DNA of 64,000 bases from Dissostichus eleginoides (lineage: Eukaryota): the NCBI GenBank assembly GCA_031216635.1, contig CM062274.1, forward strand, positions 26,484,913-26,548,912, read 5' to 3'. Shown one piece after another: positions 22,363 through 35,606 of this stretch. Below the pieces are notes generated by a model. That model did not search any database. It worked only from the letters and a program-made list of their open reading frames with translations, and was not told the DNA's origin. Positions within the stretch are counted from its first letter, which is position 1; every line of letters begins with the position of its first letter. A program made the position numbers and the translations under genes.

Positions 22363-25300
22363 TTAAGATCCCTGCTTTCACAACAATGTCATACTATTCT
22401 CTTTTTATTAACCAGTAAAACAGATCTATACAGGATCAATACATTTTGAATATTATTCAATTAATGCAAATATTGGTTTGAGTGACAGAGAAGAGGAAGC
22501 GACCTGGAAATGGGTGGATGGATCTCCACTGAATCTGATGTAAGGCTCTACTTTGGTTTAAATACAGACGCTGGTTTATGTTGTGACTTTTATAACTTAA
22601 TTTACACTGTGAGGGCATAAAGTCACATGTTTCTGTAATGGGAGTCAACACAACACACAGGATGCATTTCAAGTAAATGTTCAAATTGATATAACTAGAT
22701 CACGCAATGGCAACTTTTTTTTGACACGCATAGGCTACCAAGATAAACACCTCAAAAGAAATACTGTAGGTATACTGAATGTGATTTGACAAGATAAAGC
22801 TCTTGCATTTCAACCAATTGGTGTCATCAGATATAAAAGTGACTCTACCACCTCCTATGTTTTTCAACGTGAATAAATCTAAACGTTGTATGTTTATGAT
22901 CAGCAGCAGACAGAATGCTTCAGAGGAAAGAAATTACAAAAAGTGAAATGCACACAACTGATGTTTGGTATTTGGCTTCATCAAGTGTCAATTGTTTTTT
23001 GTTAAGGAGGTCATTTATAGTTTATTTGTGTATTCATGTAATCATGAACAAATGTAAGTATTTTGAAATGTTGTTGAAATCCAGATGTTACATTTATCTA
23101 CCTGTTACAAAAAATAAAAACTATCAAAATAATGAATCAAGAACTGCCAATATTATTTACCGAATAGATTTCATTGCCAGTCAGTCTTAAAATGTCTGTA
23201 ATTGTTTTAACTCTCAGCAAAAGACTCTTTCAGGTATCCACCTAAACATTCGGGAAGGGGAAGTGAGAGTTGTTAGAGGGGCTTCAATGTGGCTATAGTT
23301 GCAAATAAACCTTCTGTAAAAGTTAGCAAAACCCAGGAACTTTTGTAGTTGCTTACAGCTTTCCAAACTGGACCTGTCATGGACTGCTTTCACCTTGGCC
23401 AGGTCCATTCTTACTTGTCCTTTGGCCATGATGTAGCTGGGAAAAGAGACCGTAGAAGCATGAAACTCACTACTCTGCTTTAACGAACATGTGATTCTCC
23501 AAAACAGCTGTGCTTCACATGCTCATTTTGTTCATTTAAAAAAAAAAATCTGAATGTCATCAAGGTATATGAAAACAATATGTTAAATATGTGCCCAAGG
23601 ACAACATTTACCAGGTTTTGGAATATAGCAGGGGCATGTGTGAGTCCAAACGGCATCACCAGGTTTTCCAAATGGGCAGAGGGGTGTTGAAAGCCGTCTT
23701 CCACTCGTCTTCTTTACGGATCCGGACTGGGAGGTTTGCATTTCGGAGATCAGGTTTGGTGAAAATTGTGGCATAGGGGTCAAAGGCAAAGTTCATTAGA
23801 GACAAGGGATACTTACACCGATCAACCATAACATCATGACCACTGACAGTGTGAAGTCAAATTATGGGGGGGACCCTGAAATGACCTTTCTTATTAGGGG
23901 ATCGCCCCTGATAATGGGGTGGTGGAGATCTACAGTGGGTGAAGAGGACTGTGCAAGTCTTGTAAATGGAAGGGAAACCAGAAAAAACTGGAATGATCTG
24001 CAGTGAACTACCTTTCTGCAATGGATCTGTGAAACAATGGCTTAGATTATGGCTGTGAGGCAGTGGGTTTGTCTTCAAATAGGAAGGTTGTGGGTTCAAC
24101 CCCTGCTCCTGCCGTCAACATGTCGCTGTATCCCACTTAACCCCAAATTGCTCCCATGGCCAATGTGTGAATGTAAGCTTCCTTGAGCAGGGGGCTCTTT
24201 CTTTGGCTGACCCTGCCTATGAATACTAGTAAAGACTGCTTTATATAAAATGCAGTCCATTTACCAATACATGTGTTAATACTTTTACAATTTATGCAAA
24301 ATGACTTCCAAAGTGCTTTTGTATTTGCCACATTGTATATATGGAGAAAGAGATTCTACATCAACAAGTGGTTGGAGGTCAGGAATGAAGATATTGGTTT
24401 GAGTTTTGGCCAAATTTGACTGCTTGTTACTGGGAATATTACATGGGAAATTAGGATGTTTAGCATGTATCTTTATTTATACGTGCTTTATACGTGCTCA
24501 TGACCATCATATGCAATTAAAGAAAGCTACTTATTGAAAAAAACTCCCATTGGGATTTTAGCCTTTGAGACAATTTACATGCACAAAAACCTATATAACA
24601 CACTAGGGAAGGGAAACCCCAAAAAGCATAACAGGGCCTCTTTTAGACATTAATTGGTGGATGGGTTTTGTACAGGATATTTTCACACACTCTGAAACGT
24701 GTAACTTCCTATTTAAAAAAAATAAGAAGAGAAATGTAACCAAAAGACATGACATTTTTACTACTTTGAAAAGAGCCTTCTGCAAACAATGGATAAATTG
24801 TACGTACTGTACTACTAAGTTTAAAATGATAGATAGATTTACAAATGTATTCTTGTATAAGTTCACCTGTCTAGTCCTGTCATTGCACTTCCTGTTTTAT
24901 TTTGTACTTACCTTTCCCTCTCGTTTCAGAGCTCTCCTGCCCTTGTGTGTCTGTTGCAACCTTTTCCCATTACCTCGTGTATATATAGTCCTCGTCTCCC
25001 TTTGTCCTGTGCCGGTTCGTCTTGTGCCTTGTGCCATCAAGAGAGCCAGCTTTTCATGCCAAGAAACATTTGTAGCTGCTTTCACAATGATGACATGCAA
25101 TTCTCTTTTTATTAACCAGTAAAATAGATCTTTACAGGAACAGAATATTTTGAATATTATTCATCTTAATGGCTTTGTGAGATTATATGTCTCTATTTAA
25201 CACAATCGACATGATTATCACACTTGTTTCAGTCTAAATCTGTATTGTCAATGTGCTTTGGCAATAATATGTTTTTAATATAGTCATATCAATAAAGTGT

Positions 25301-25539
25301 ATGTGAATTTGTCTTGACACTCAGTGTGAGAAATAAACAGTATTTCCTGATAGTCTTGTTTTTTTTTTTGGATAGATATGAAAAGGATGTTCAAGGTTCA
25401 AGGTTCTTTATTTGTCATACGAACATAGCTACAGAGTAGTTATGTCGATGAAAATCTTAGGTCACAGGCTTCTCCAACAGTGCAACACAATAATACAGAA
25501 AAACAGAAAAACATAGTGCAAGTAAATATTAAAAAGTAT

Positions 25540-25619
25540 GGATGTGTGACTTCCTCAAATGATGTGTGACTTCCTCAAAGGATGTGTGACTTCCTCAAAG
25601 GATGTATGACTTCCTCAAA
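25540..25619 (+). promoter_or_regulatory. Four tandem copies of the 20-bp GATGTGTGACTTCCTCAAAG promoter repeat (gene 3)
   Basis: Direct reading: gatgtgtgacttcctcaaat, gatgtgtgacttcctcaaag, gatgtgtgacttcctcaaag, gatgtatgacttcctcaaaa. Confidence 0.5.
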
Positions 25620-25732
25620 AATATAAAGCATTTAGAAATTCAAACCAGCAACCACACTTTCCCCGGTCACATACTTCAGGGTAATTGCTGCAGAGCTGAC
25701 CTTCTAGGAAATTGTTGGCATTCCCACGAGCA

Positions 25733-28674
25733 ATGGAGGAATTCTATGTCAATGTTGACGATATCAAACCCCTTAGCTCAAGATCATCTGAAAAACAAGA
25801 AGGTAAGAGTATCAGACAGAGTGCACTGTGGATTTTGGATTTATTAAACTCCCTGGTTTTCTCTGTGTTCAGGTCTCAGGAGACTTTCTCAGAGCGTCTG
25901 TTCTCGGTCTGGGGCTGCTGGGTGTTTTCCTGCTGGCTGGACTCATCGGCCTCGCTGTCCACTGTGAGTCTTTCTTTTAATACGTTTAATAATGTCATTT
26001 TGAACGTGTGATTTTCTAGAGCAATATTCTGCTCTGAAAGATGCACATTTGACCAAAATCTCTATCGTTTTTCTACTTTTCTCCTAGGGCCAAATTGGGA
26101 AAACATTTACTTTGGTTTGTGTCAGTATGATTGCATCAGGTAATTTAAGAAACATCTATTTTCATTCCAGACCATAACTCAGTAGGTGTTGCAGCTGAGC
26201 ATCTCCAGGCCAGTGATCAGCTGATCAACCAGCTGAAGGCCAACCTCACTGAGCGTCTCCAGGCCAGAGATCAGCTGATCAACCAGCTGAAGGCCAACCT
26301 CACCGAAAAGACCAGAGAGGTGGACAGGCTTCAGTGTTTGATGGACAAGGGTGAGTGCTTCATGTGGGGTTTTTGCATAGGGCTCGGTATGTGTAAGATA
26401 TCAATTATCATAATATGTTTTACAAAATACCTCGATATTGATAGTCTAAGGCTGACTATTGATCCGTTCATAAAATAGTTACAGAATGACACTTTTCATT
26501 AATGATAATTAAGAATTAGTTTTTAATGACTAAGTTGTGAGTGATTTAATTTATAGTTTGTTTTATTTTTCTTCACCCACCATATTTATATTTCTCTGTA
26601 AACTATGCTTATGGCCAGTTTCCTTGTTTAAATTACTTTTAATATAAGCAATAGGAAGAAGAACTTAGAGGTAGTTTGTTCCAGATATTTGCAGCATAAT
26701 AATAAAAAAGGATAACAAGGTTTCAATCCAATTTAGAACTGTTGCCGAAAGTCAGACCCAGTTTTCCAGTCGGTCTAGAAACTAACACCGAGATGTTGCC
26801 ACTGTCTGTGTTTAAGTGGAAGTCATTGAAGACTTTAGCAAGATCAGTCTCAGTGCTGTGGTGCCTGACTAGATCACATCGAAACAGTTATTTAAACCCC
26901 AAAAAAAAGAAGTAGTTGTTCTGCAATGAAATGTGTGATCTCTTTTGATCCCTCTAAAAATGCTTAATGAATATGTTTTTTCATTTTTATTACAAAAGTG
27001 ACATATAATGCACTCAAGAGTTCCATATTCCAGCAGTTAAAGCAGTAAATCAACAAGATCTTAACACTTTTACAGAGAAAACGTGTCCTGCAGGATGGAG
27101 GAAGTTTGGTTGTTCCTGTTATCTCCTCTCTACTGAGAAAGCTTCTTGGGAACAAAGCAGAGACAACTGCAGAGCCAGAGGAGCAGATCTGGTGATCGTA
27201 GACAGTTATGAAGAACAGGTAATGTGTGCTGCTCTAACACTTGTGATTGTATAACCCCCTGCTTTTATCAATCAATAATGTTTTTATTGTACATATAGTA
27301 GCACATTTGCGTATAAGCTATAATGATTATGTTACAACAATGGTGTTAATTACATATTTCTGAGCTAATAAAAAGGGAATAGTATGCTGAATGTTGATGT
27401 CCATCCCTGTAAACTGCATTTGTGAACAGGAATTCATCACCAGCATGATCAAGGAACAAACTTGGATTGGTTTGAATGACATAAACCAAGAAGGGACCTG
27501 GAAATGGGTCGATGGAGCTCCACTGACTCTGAAGTAAGGCATACAGAACATATTCATATATTTTGGAGTAGCTGCATCCTACTGATGTATATCGGTGTTT
27601 TTTTTATGACTGTCCAAACATTTATTAATTATTATCAATTTCAGAATTAACTAACATTTTAACATTCATTGCAAATAAAGCTAATAATCTAAAGACATGC
27701 ATACACACACATCTAGAGATGTGCAAAGAGGATAACATTTTTGGATATTGGGTAAAAAATGAATTCAATTTTAATTTTAATGTGCCATTATTCAATGTCC
27801 CTTTTTGCATAATACACTAGAAACCCAGGCAGAAAAAATAACAATTCAAAGCAGTTAGTTCACTTTAAAGACATAACAATTAAGATTCTGCCACAAATAA
27901 GCTGAAAGGCACAGTTATAGGTGTTAAAGTGTGTATGTATTTTAACGAGAGGTGTGATGAAAAAGGTGGAAAGAATAGTTTAGGAATCTTGGTTCGAGTT
28001 GAGAAGCTGCTGATCATAACCATAACCATTGAAAGTTCAAATTATTTCAACAACTCTTTTCATAAAGATCTCTTCTACATTTTGTGGTATCAAAAGAGAA
28101 TAATTAAACCAGTGCCACTTTGAGAATAGAATGAGAAATGGTAAAGCGTCTTTCTTTTCTTGAAACAGCAATTCGCCCTAAAATAGAGGAAAGGCGATGA
28201 AAGTAAATGAGAAGATTTCGCAAGAAAAAGGGTTGAGCTGAGGGTGTGAATGTGTGGTAGGCTATAAGCTGTGGGTTTTTAAATAGGGAAATACATAAAG
28301 CAGCTTTTATGTGTTGGCCACATGTGGCAGCTGTTTTTTAACCTAAATTGGCATGGCCTTTAGTGTGTTAATGTGTCCGAATGTTGTCTTTCGCTATGTG
28401 TTTTAATAGGTAAATGCTATATATGAAATGTATATGAAAAGCAATCTCAAGCAGAACGCATTACATCTATCACATTTGGGGGGGAACCTGAAAATGAACT
28501 TTCCTGCTATTACCTCCTAGGTACTGGGGATCGACCCCTGATAATGGTGGTGGAGATCCAGTGTGGGGTGAAGAGGACTGTGCAAGTCTTGTACCTGGAA
28601 GGGAAACCAGAACAAACTGGAATGATCTGCGGTGTGCTACCCGTCTGCAATGGATCTGTGAAAAAATGGCTTAA
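25733..28674 (+). pseudogene. CD209-like C-type lectin, gene 3 (type B, TPD terminal exon); 1-nt insertion frameshift in the TM exon
   Basis: Exons are 25733-25802 ([24 protein letters not shown]), 25873-25963, 26171-26350 (neck, 2 repeats: [54 protein letters not shown]), 27076-27218, 27430-27533 ([34 protein letters not shown]) and 28521-28674 (YWGSTPDNGGGDPVWGEEDCASLVPGRETRTNWNDLRCATRLQWICEKMA*). Exon 2 is 91 nt against 90 in the paralogs: gtctcaggagactttctc versus gtcccaggagacttctc. This shifts the TM frame unless it is a sequencing error. Confidence 0.7.
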
Positions 28675-29054
28675 CTTGTGGCTGTGAGGCAGTGGGTTTG
28701 TCTTCAAATAGGAAGGCTGTGGGTTCAACCCCAGCTCCTGCCATCAACATGTCAATGTAGCCCACTTAACCCAAATTGTTCTCTTGGCCAATGTTTGAAT
28801 GTTATGTGCTGTTTACACGATAACGCAAAAGGTTGTATCCGCAACTTTTCTCTTTCGTTTAGCCCGTTCGTTCACACGAGGCCGTAACGGAAACGTGGAA
28901 ACGGACCCCGCAAACGATAACGGGTCCCAAGGTGGATAGATCTGCAACCGGAACGCTCTGAGGGGGCAAACGGCTCTGTGTGTACGCCCTATACGATAAT
29001 TTTCCTGATAATGATGAGCCATAGCCCCACCTCTCCCCACCTCTGCTGCTCACT

Positions 29055-29110
29055 GCTGTAGCATGGTCAGTAGCTACTGTCAGTAGCTACTGCTACTGAC
29101 CATGCTACAG
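29055..29110. repeat. Perfect 19-bp-arm hairpin (inverted repeat)
   Basis: ctgtagcatggtcagtagc ... gctactgaccatgctacag. A duplicate lies at 40053-40108. Confidence 0.8.
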
Positions 29111-29779
29111 ATGTTAGTGCACAATCTACAGCTCGACCATGCTACAGATCAGATGTTAGTGCAAAATCTACAGCTCCTCTACCACAACCACCGGCAACAA
29201 GTGGACATGGAGAATTACATGAACTACATGTTGCTAAATCCACCGCGGGGCATAAACAGAAGGGCAACCATGCTCTGGGTCTTCTTCGCTGCTTTTGGTG
29301 TATTTTGTGGCGGAAGTTACTACGCCACTTACAGGCCCGGCATATGTACTACAGCGTTTCCAGTGGTCTCGTGCAGAAGTACAGCGCCACTTACAGGCCC
29401 GGCATATGTACTACAGCGTTTCCAGTGGTCTCGTGTGAACGTACACGTTAAATGAGCCGAATGCGTGTGAACGGAAGACTTTTTTGAAAATGAATTAGGT
29501 GCGTAAACGCAAACGTTCCCGTGTAAATGGGGTCTTAGCTTCCTTACCCCTCCTATTGTCTTCGTTTTCCCCCCTTTACTTTGGTCTTTGCAGTCAAATT
29601 TGACCGGTCCTGTTTTAACTGCTATTACATTAACACAAAAATCATTAATCATCACCAAATTTCATTTAACACCCTTTCAAACTGTAAATATTGTATCAGA
29701 CTACTGGTATACATGAAAAACTGCAATAAATATACAAAGAATAGACACTGAACATGTATTGCGTGTGCCAGGTGTGATC

Positions 29780-29970
29780 CATGTGGGGGGATGGGCCCAT
29801 AAGAGCGGGAAATGTATCAAATTGTTCTGTGTGTGTGTGTGTGTGTGTGTGTTTATGTGTGCCAGGTGTGATTTGCATGGGGGGATGGGCACATAAAGGG
29901 GGGGGAACACATCTAGAGTATGTGTGTGTGTGTGTGTGGGTGTTTGTGTGTGTGTTTTTTATCTGATCCG
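29780..29970. repeat. About 100-bp tandem duplication with embedded (GT)n tracts
   Basis: gtgccaggtgtgat(c/t)(c/g)catggggggatgggc(c/a)cataa... occurs twice, each followed by a (GT)n tract. A copy lies at 40778-40970. Confidence 0.8.
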
Positions 29971-30734
29971 GATGGTTACTAATTCCTTTTCTTTATGGCG
30001 GTCATTTTTGACCGGGAACACCAAAATTCGATGAAAGTGGTGATCAGCAATTGTATATGTTCAAATGTCTACTGTGAAGGATATCATAAAGCCTTAATGC
30101 AATCGAATGTAAAACAAAAAAGTTATGATTGATGAAAGTAGTAAATCGTCAGAATTGACCCGAAGACAACAGGAGGGTTAAGCAGCCTGGCACTTTGTTT
30201 GGCTGCCCCTGCGTATGAATATGTGTGAATGCTAGATATATATACAGTATGCTTTAACGAGTTATAAAGACTGGATAAGCGCTATATAAAATGCAGTCAA
30301 TCACCAATACATTTGTTAATACTTTTACACTTTACACTTGTTTTACGCATTTAAAAGTGTTATTGTATGTGCAATACTGTATGGAGAGAGAAAGAGAGTC
30401 TATATCAACAAGTGAGGTCAGGAATGAAGATATTGGTTAAGTTTTGGCCAAATTTGACTGCTTGTTACTGGGAATATTAACCATGGGAAATTAGGATGTT
30501 TAGCATGTTTTATACGTGCTCATGACCATCATATGCAATTAAAGAAAGCTACTTATTGTACTGCTTCTATCCTATGAAATAATAAAGATTGTCCTGAAAT
30601 GCACTTTATTTTTAGGATAATAAAGGTGACTTTAGCTGTTTCAATCACAAGTTCATCTTTGTATTTTGTGCCTCTGTGACATGTCTCCATGCTTTAATGT
30701 TCAAAAAGCTCTTTATTTTTCTCATACTGCCTGT

Positions 30735-30830
30735 CTGAAACCAGAGCCCAGTCTGCTCTGATTGGTTAGCTGGCCGGCTCTGTTGTGATTGGTCAACTGC
30801 TTAGAGATGTCCCGCCCCTTAACCTATCAC
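30735..30830 (+). promoter_or_regulatory. Orphan promoter-like module: two inverted CCAAT (ATTGG) boxes plus an Sp1 GC-box
   Basis: ctctgattggttagctggccggctctgttgtgattggtcaactgcttagagatgtcccgcccc. A duplicate lies at 41748-41843. Confidence 0.35.
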
Positions 30831-31149
30831 GTTCATTGTGTTGGAGCGGTAGCAATACGAGTGTAACACAGTGATGTGACAATGTTCTGAATGTAAACAA
30901 AGGAGTACAATGGAGGTGTTTTAAGGCAGGGGGGGACTAAGGCACTGTCTGTAGAGGCTGCTGCGCCAATGTCTCCAAATCATGGAAGAGAACCGAGTAG
31001 AACTCTTCAAAGGGTTAATTAAAATCGAGATAACATGATTGTCTGACTCCTCTAGGCGACACATGAATTTGTACATTACATTTCTTAAAAGGGCTTGACA
31101 GGTACCCCCACGTTAACAAACAGCTGGCTGGCACTGTGCCATCCTGGTA

Positions 31150-32100
31150 CCCTCACCAGCAACCGTATAGCATCATTGTATGCAATTTTAGTTTTTGCAT
31201 GCTGCTAGCCTTGTAGTTACTCCACAGGTGAGCCGTGTACAATGGTGTACAGAAAGCTTTAAAAAGTGATACCTTGACATCTACAGAGCACTTGTGAAAT
31301 GTCCGCATTAATATGTTTGCCTGGGCATACAGTTTGCAGCGTTGTCTATGGATGTCTTTGTCATCTGTGAGATCATCAGAGATATAATGACCAAGGTACT
31401 TAATCTCACTGCACACAAGAAGAATGTTGCTACTGAGAATAAAATTAGGAAATACAGCCTTTTTATCCTCTTTACTTCGCACAATCATGATGCTACTCTT
31501 CTTGGCATTATACTTAATATTAAAATCAATGCCATACTGGGAACAAATCCGAACAGAAGCTGTTGTAAGCCTGCACTGTACGGGGAAAAGATGATTAAAT
31601 CATCTGCGTACATAAGGTGGTTGACAACAGTATCACCGATGACACTGCCAGTTTTACACAAGTTCAGTTTCCTAGACGGATCATCAATGTACAGATTAAA
31701 CAACAAAGGAGATAAAATCCCACCTTGCTTGACCCCATTACCAACATAAACATTTTCAGACACAGTATTGCCCCACTTCACCTGCATAGTCTGATGTGCA
31801 TACTAAAAGCCTAAGATCCTTATTATGTACTTGGGTACCCCTCTTTGGCACATTTTTTCAAATGATTTGAAATGATTCAGTCTATCAAATGCCCTAGAAG
31901 CATCAATAAAATACAGAAACATGGTGGAATTTTGGCTTCTATATTTTGCTATAATGTCTTTTAAAGCAAAAATACACACATCTGTGCCGTGTTTTCTTTT
32001 AAAACCAAACTGGTTGTCAGCTGTGGTAATATACCTTTCCAGCTTATCCAACATAATTTTCTCCAGCACTTTGGAGAGAATGCTAGCTAAAGCAATAGGT
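31150..32100 (-). mobile_element. Non-LTR (LINE) reverse-transcriptase fragment
   Basis: Minus ORFs give GVKQGGILSPLLFNLYIDD...LMYADDLIIFS (YADD box) and, in the copy at 42863-43920, NYRPIALASILSKVLEKIM...QFGFKRKHST...FIDASRAFDRLNH. These are RT domains 1-5. Confidence 0.8.
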
Positions 32101-32544
32101 CTGTAATTATCAATGCCATAATTTTCCCAGCTTTATCCTTGATGACTGGCACAAGTAGCACAGATAACATGGAAACTGGTAAGACACCAGGAAACCAGTA
32201 AGACACAGAGCAAGAAGAGGAGCAAGCTTAAGACTGGCATCTTTTAAGTGTTCAGCTGAGATGACATATGACAAGCATGATCATTTCTGACGTGGAGCTA
32301 ATCTAAACTAAACATTGAATACTGCTTTATATTCCTCCATCTTGTGACTGTGTAACTCCCTCTCTTGTATATCAGCATGTGAAGGACACTGTTCAGGAAC
32401 TAATTGTACCAAATGCTCTGTATGTGATGACTACTTCCATTCTTGCAAGGATAATAAATACATGTATCCTGATTATTGAAGCTCAAGCCGGTGAAGAGTG
32501 ATATTTTCCTAACAATTAGCATGAAAACACCTACCACAAACTCA

Positions 32545-32715
32545 GAGTGAGTGTTGGGGGTGCGGCAGAACCCGTGCACGCTGTCGTATCCCTCCGGAAC
32601 CTCGGTCAGGTTGAGGTCTTTCTTATGGACGTCAGTGCACTGACCCAACGCCACATCACACACCAACAGCAGCCGAGAGCCGTCTGTCTCGCTGGGCTTG
32701 GAGTATTTCAAACTG
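32545..32715 (-). pseudogene. Isolated PARP-catalytic-domain exon fragment (mono/poly-ADP-ribosyltransferase family)
   Basis: The minus strand reads ...KYSKPSETDGSRLLLVCDVALGQCTDVHKKDLNLTEVPEGYDSVHGFCRTPNTHSEF, bounded by an AG acceptor and a GT donor. It matches the PARP signature ...SKSxNY...LLLxEVALG.... No neighbouring PARP exons were found. A copy lies at 44259-44429. Confidence 0.5.
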
Positions 32716-34195
32716 GTGATGTGGATAAGGAGAGTGGAAAACAGTCTCACTACAGATGAGTGTGTTGTTGCCATCTGGTTCCCCATAGGATGAAATGAGG
32801 ATCAAAGACTCATTAGAAAAGCACCTTTTAGATCAGGGGTGTCCAAACTACGTCCCGGGGGCCAAATGCGGCGCGAGGATTTTGACTATGGGTGAATTCT
32901 GGGGGGGCTTGTGTGGTGATTGACATTATTCACCCACGGAACTATGGGTTTGGGTATTGTTCCGCACGGACATTTGAGTTATACGGACTTCCTGTTTACC
33001 CCGGTCTTGCTTCCCGGGCTTGAAGCTGTTGACATGTTGTTCAGATGCTAAATAAAAGTCTAGCTTGTACCTTTGATACCCCGCCTCCGACTCCCGTCTC
33101 TCGGCACTACAATACTTAAGAAATTGCTGGATATCACAGTCCTTATACTGTATCTTATCAGTTTGATTGAGTATTATTGTGTAGGTCCTTTTTATTTTAC
33201 TGTTACTTTGATGTGTTTCTAATGAGTCAGTCAAATTAATTTATTTTCATATGCCATATTCATATGTATCACACACGTAAGGGTAAGACACAAACCTATT
33301 TAACAAATGCAATGCAATGGATAAGCTTAATTTTCACTGAAGTCACAGATAACGTCATATCTAATATTTAAACAAATCATTTCCTTGTCACTAAAGCATT
33401 GACTACGCTATTCATCGTCCTTAAATGCAGGCTCTAAGTTACATGTTCCGTTCTACAGCCACAATAAGGCTGTTTCTCAAGTTGATGATAATAAAATGAA
33501 AAGAGGCATTGGTAATATTATTAAAAACAACAATGTTTGGGTCGTTCTTCGGATAGGCGGTTAGCTGCAATAAATAACTCCAGTTCAACAAACCATATTA
33601 CAATATCTAAGGGAGCGTTATTTCTGGACCATCTTGAAATGTGACGTTCATATTTTAAAGATACACACATTTTATTGTGAGGTTGATTTAAAATACACTA
33701 AGCCTCTCTTCAACAATACGTTGACGTTAGCTAGTCTATTTTATGCCATAGTAGAGCATAGCGAATTTAAATGAACCTTAACAATGCATACAGTAACCTA
33801 ACTAGCAAACTAACTATCTAACGTACAAGGAAGACCTTATTTTACCAACCTCACACAGAAGCCTTTTGGTATACAGTAGCATCCCACTTAATTTTTACAC
33901 TTCTCTATTACGTTTAACTTGGATGCTACGCATAGCATCGTTAGCACAGATGGAGCTACGATTGCTCAAATGCTAACCCAACTCTAAACATTCATTAACA
34001 TTAGCTAAATAAAAACACCAGTAACATAACATAAAGAACGCAGGGTTGACTTACCGAAGACACTGCATTCATGGACGGTCTGTTTTAACTGCAGATAAAT
34101 CCTATATTTGCATGACGAATAGTCCACCAGGAGCCAACACAACAAACACGGCCGAGTTCAAGTAGTGTTCTCCGCATGAGCTGAGCCCCTGTAGC

Positions 34196-34240
34196 ATCAC
34201 GGAGCTAATGGAGCTAACGGAGCTAACGGAGCTAGCAGTG
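34196..34240. repeat. Minisatellite (ggagctaa[ct])n, 3.5 copies here
   Basis: ggagctaatggagctaacggagctaacggagctagc. The duplicate at 45908-45955 carries one more unit. Confidence 0.8.
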
Positions 34241-35407
34241 AGACAGAGGAGCTAGGAGCAGCAGTCCCGTTGTCATGAAGGGGGAATCTAACTATATACA
34301 GAATATGCTTTTTTGGATCCAGGCTAGAAACATGTTCATTTTCTGATGTTAAGTTGGACATTTTAACATAGGGTCTACGGGAATTGCTCCCATCTGCACA
34401 GTTTGCAGCATTGGGCTTCTCACCGCACGGTCCCGGAGTTCGCCGCTTGGCTCTGATAGGCCAGAAGTCGGTTTGATTGCATTCGGGCTCGATTGCTTAT
34501 CCTGTCTGGGTAGCCCGGATGATACTGCATCGACATTTTTGACATCGAATTTTAAACACCGAAATTGTCCATTCAAATTGTTTTCACTTGAATTTTTGGG
34601 ATCTGAATTTGACCATTCGAATTGTTTTAACTTGAATTGTTACATTTTTATTTCACATGGGTAAATTCGGAGCAAAAAAATTCAGATACATGATTTTCAA
34701 AGTAATTATTTTCAATGCTATAAATTCGGTGTCTGATAAAATTCAAATACTTCTGTCTCTTGTTTGCTTCCATAGTTGCACGGCCAGATACGGCTCGAGA
34801 AGCTGACTCAGATGAATGAGGCGAGTAAACACAGCTGACAGCCGCCGTGAAACTCGAGCGATTATTCAATCGCGTCTGTCGTGAACGCACCATTATTACA
34901 AGTATTATATAATTACAAAATAAAATTGCCACTCTCAGTACAGCGCCACTTTCCGAACTGGAAATGCACGCAAATACAATCTTTTATATTATTATTATTA
35001 TTAATAATATATATATAAATAAAGACATATATAAATAAAGACATATTGTATTTTAGTTACACCCGCTATTGATTCATTTTGTCAACATTGGACCTTGAAA
35101 CCGTCCACATAGCTATAGTAAAATAATATAATATAAAACATTAAGCCTCTTTGATTTAATAATCGGAGCTGAAACCTCTCTGCCATCTCATATAATACTA
35201 ACTTCCTTATTTATCTTTGAATAATAATAACATAAAAATAAAGACGACTATACTACGGTCCTTCGATCCTGATATTAGCGCCTGCAGGCAGGCTCCATGG
35301 GCCTGTCAGCTCTGGACAGCGCAAAATGCGTATATGAAGTGCTACGTCATGAACGCAATAAATCATACCCTCGTGGGGGCGCGCTCATGTGATTGGCTTA
35401 GAATGGG

Positions 35408-35606
35408 GAGGCTGTGGCGCAGTGGGCTAGTGCGTTGGTGTTCGCGCCAGGGGGTCACAGGTTCAAACCCCACTGCACTCAGCATGTCATTGTGTCCCTG
35501 GGCAAGACACTTCACCCCAAATTGCTCCTGTGGGGATTGTCCACAGTATTGAGTATGTAAGTCGATTTGGATAAAAGCATCTAACAAGTAACATGTAATG
35601 TAATGG
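35408..35606 (+). mobile_element. tRNA-derived SINE with conserved teleost tail
   Basis: The head ggggaggctgtggcgcagtgggctagtgcg...ggttcaaaccccac has an A box TGGCGCAGTGG and a B box GGTTCAAACCC. The tail is gtaagtcgatttggataaaagcatct. A copy lies at 47117-47315. Confidence 0.75.

Noticed and set aside
29102-29658. Overlapping 117-aa(+) and 109-aa(-) ORFs
   Set aside because: They lie in the repeat, hairpin and 62-bp tandem duplication. The duplication itself creates the repeated peptide, and there is no codon-bias or motif support.
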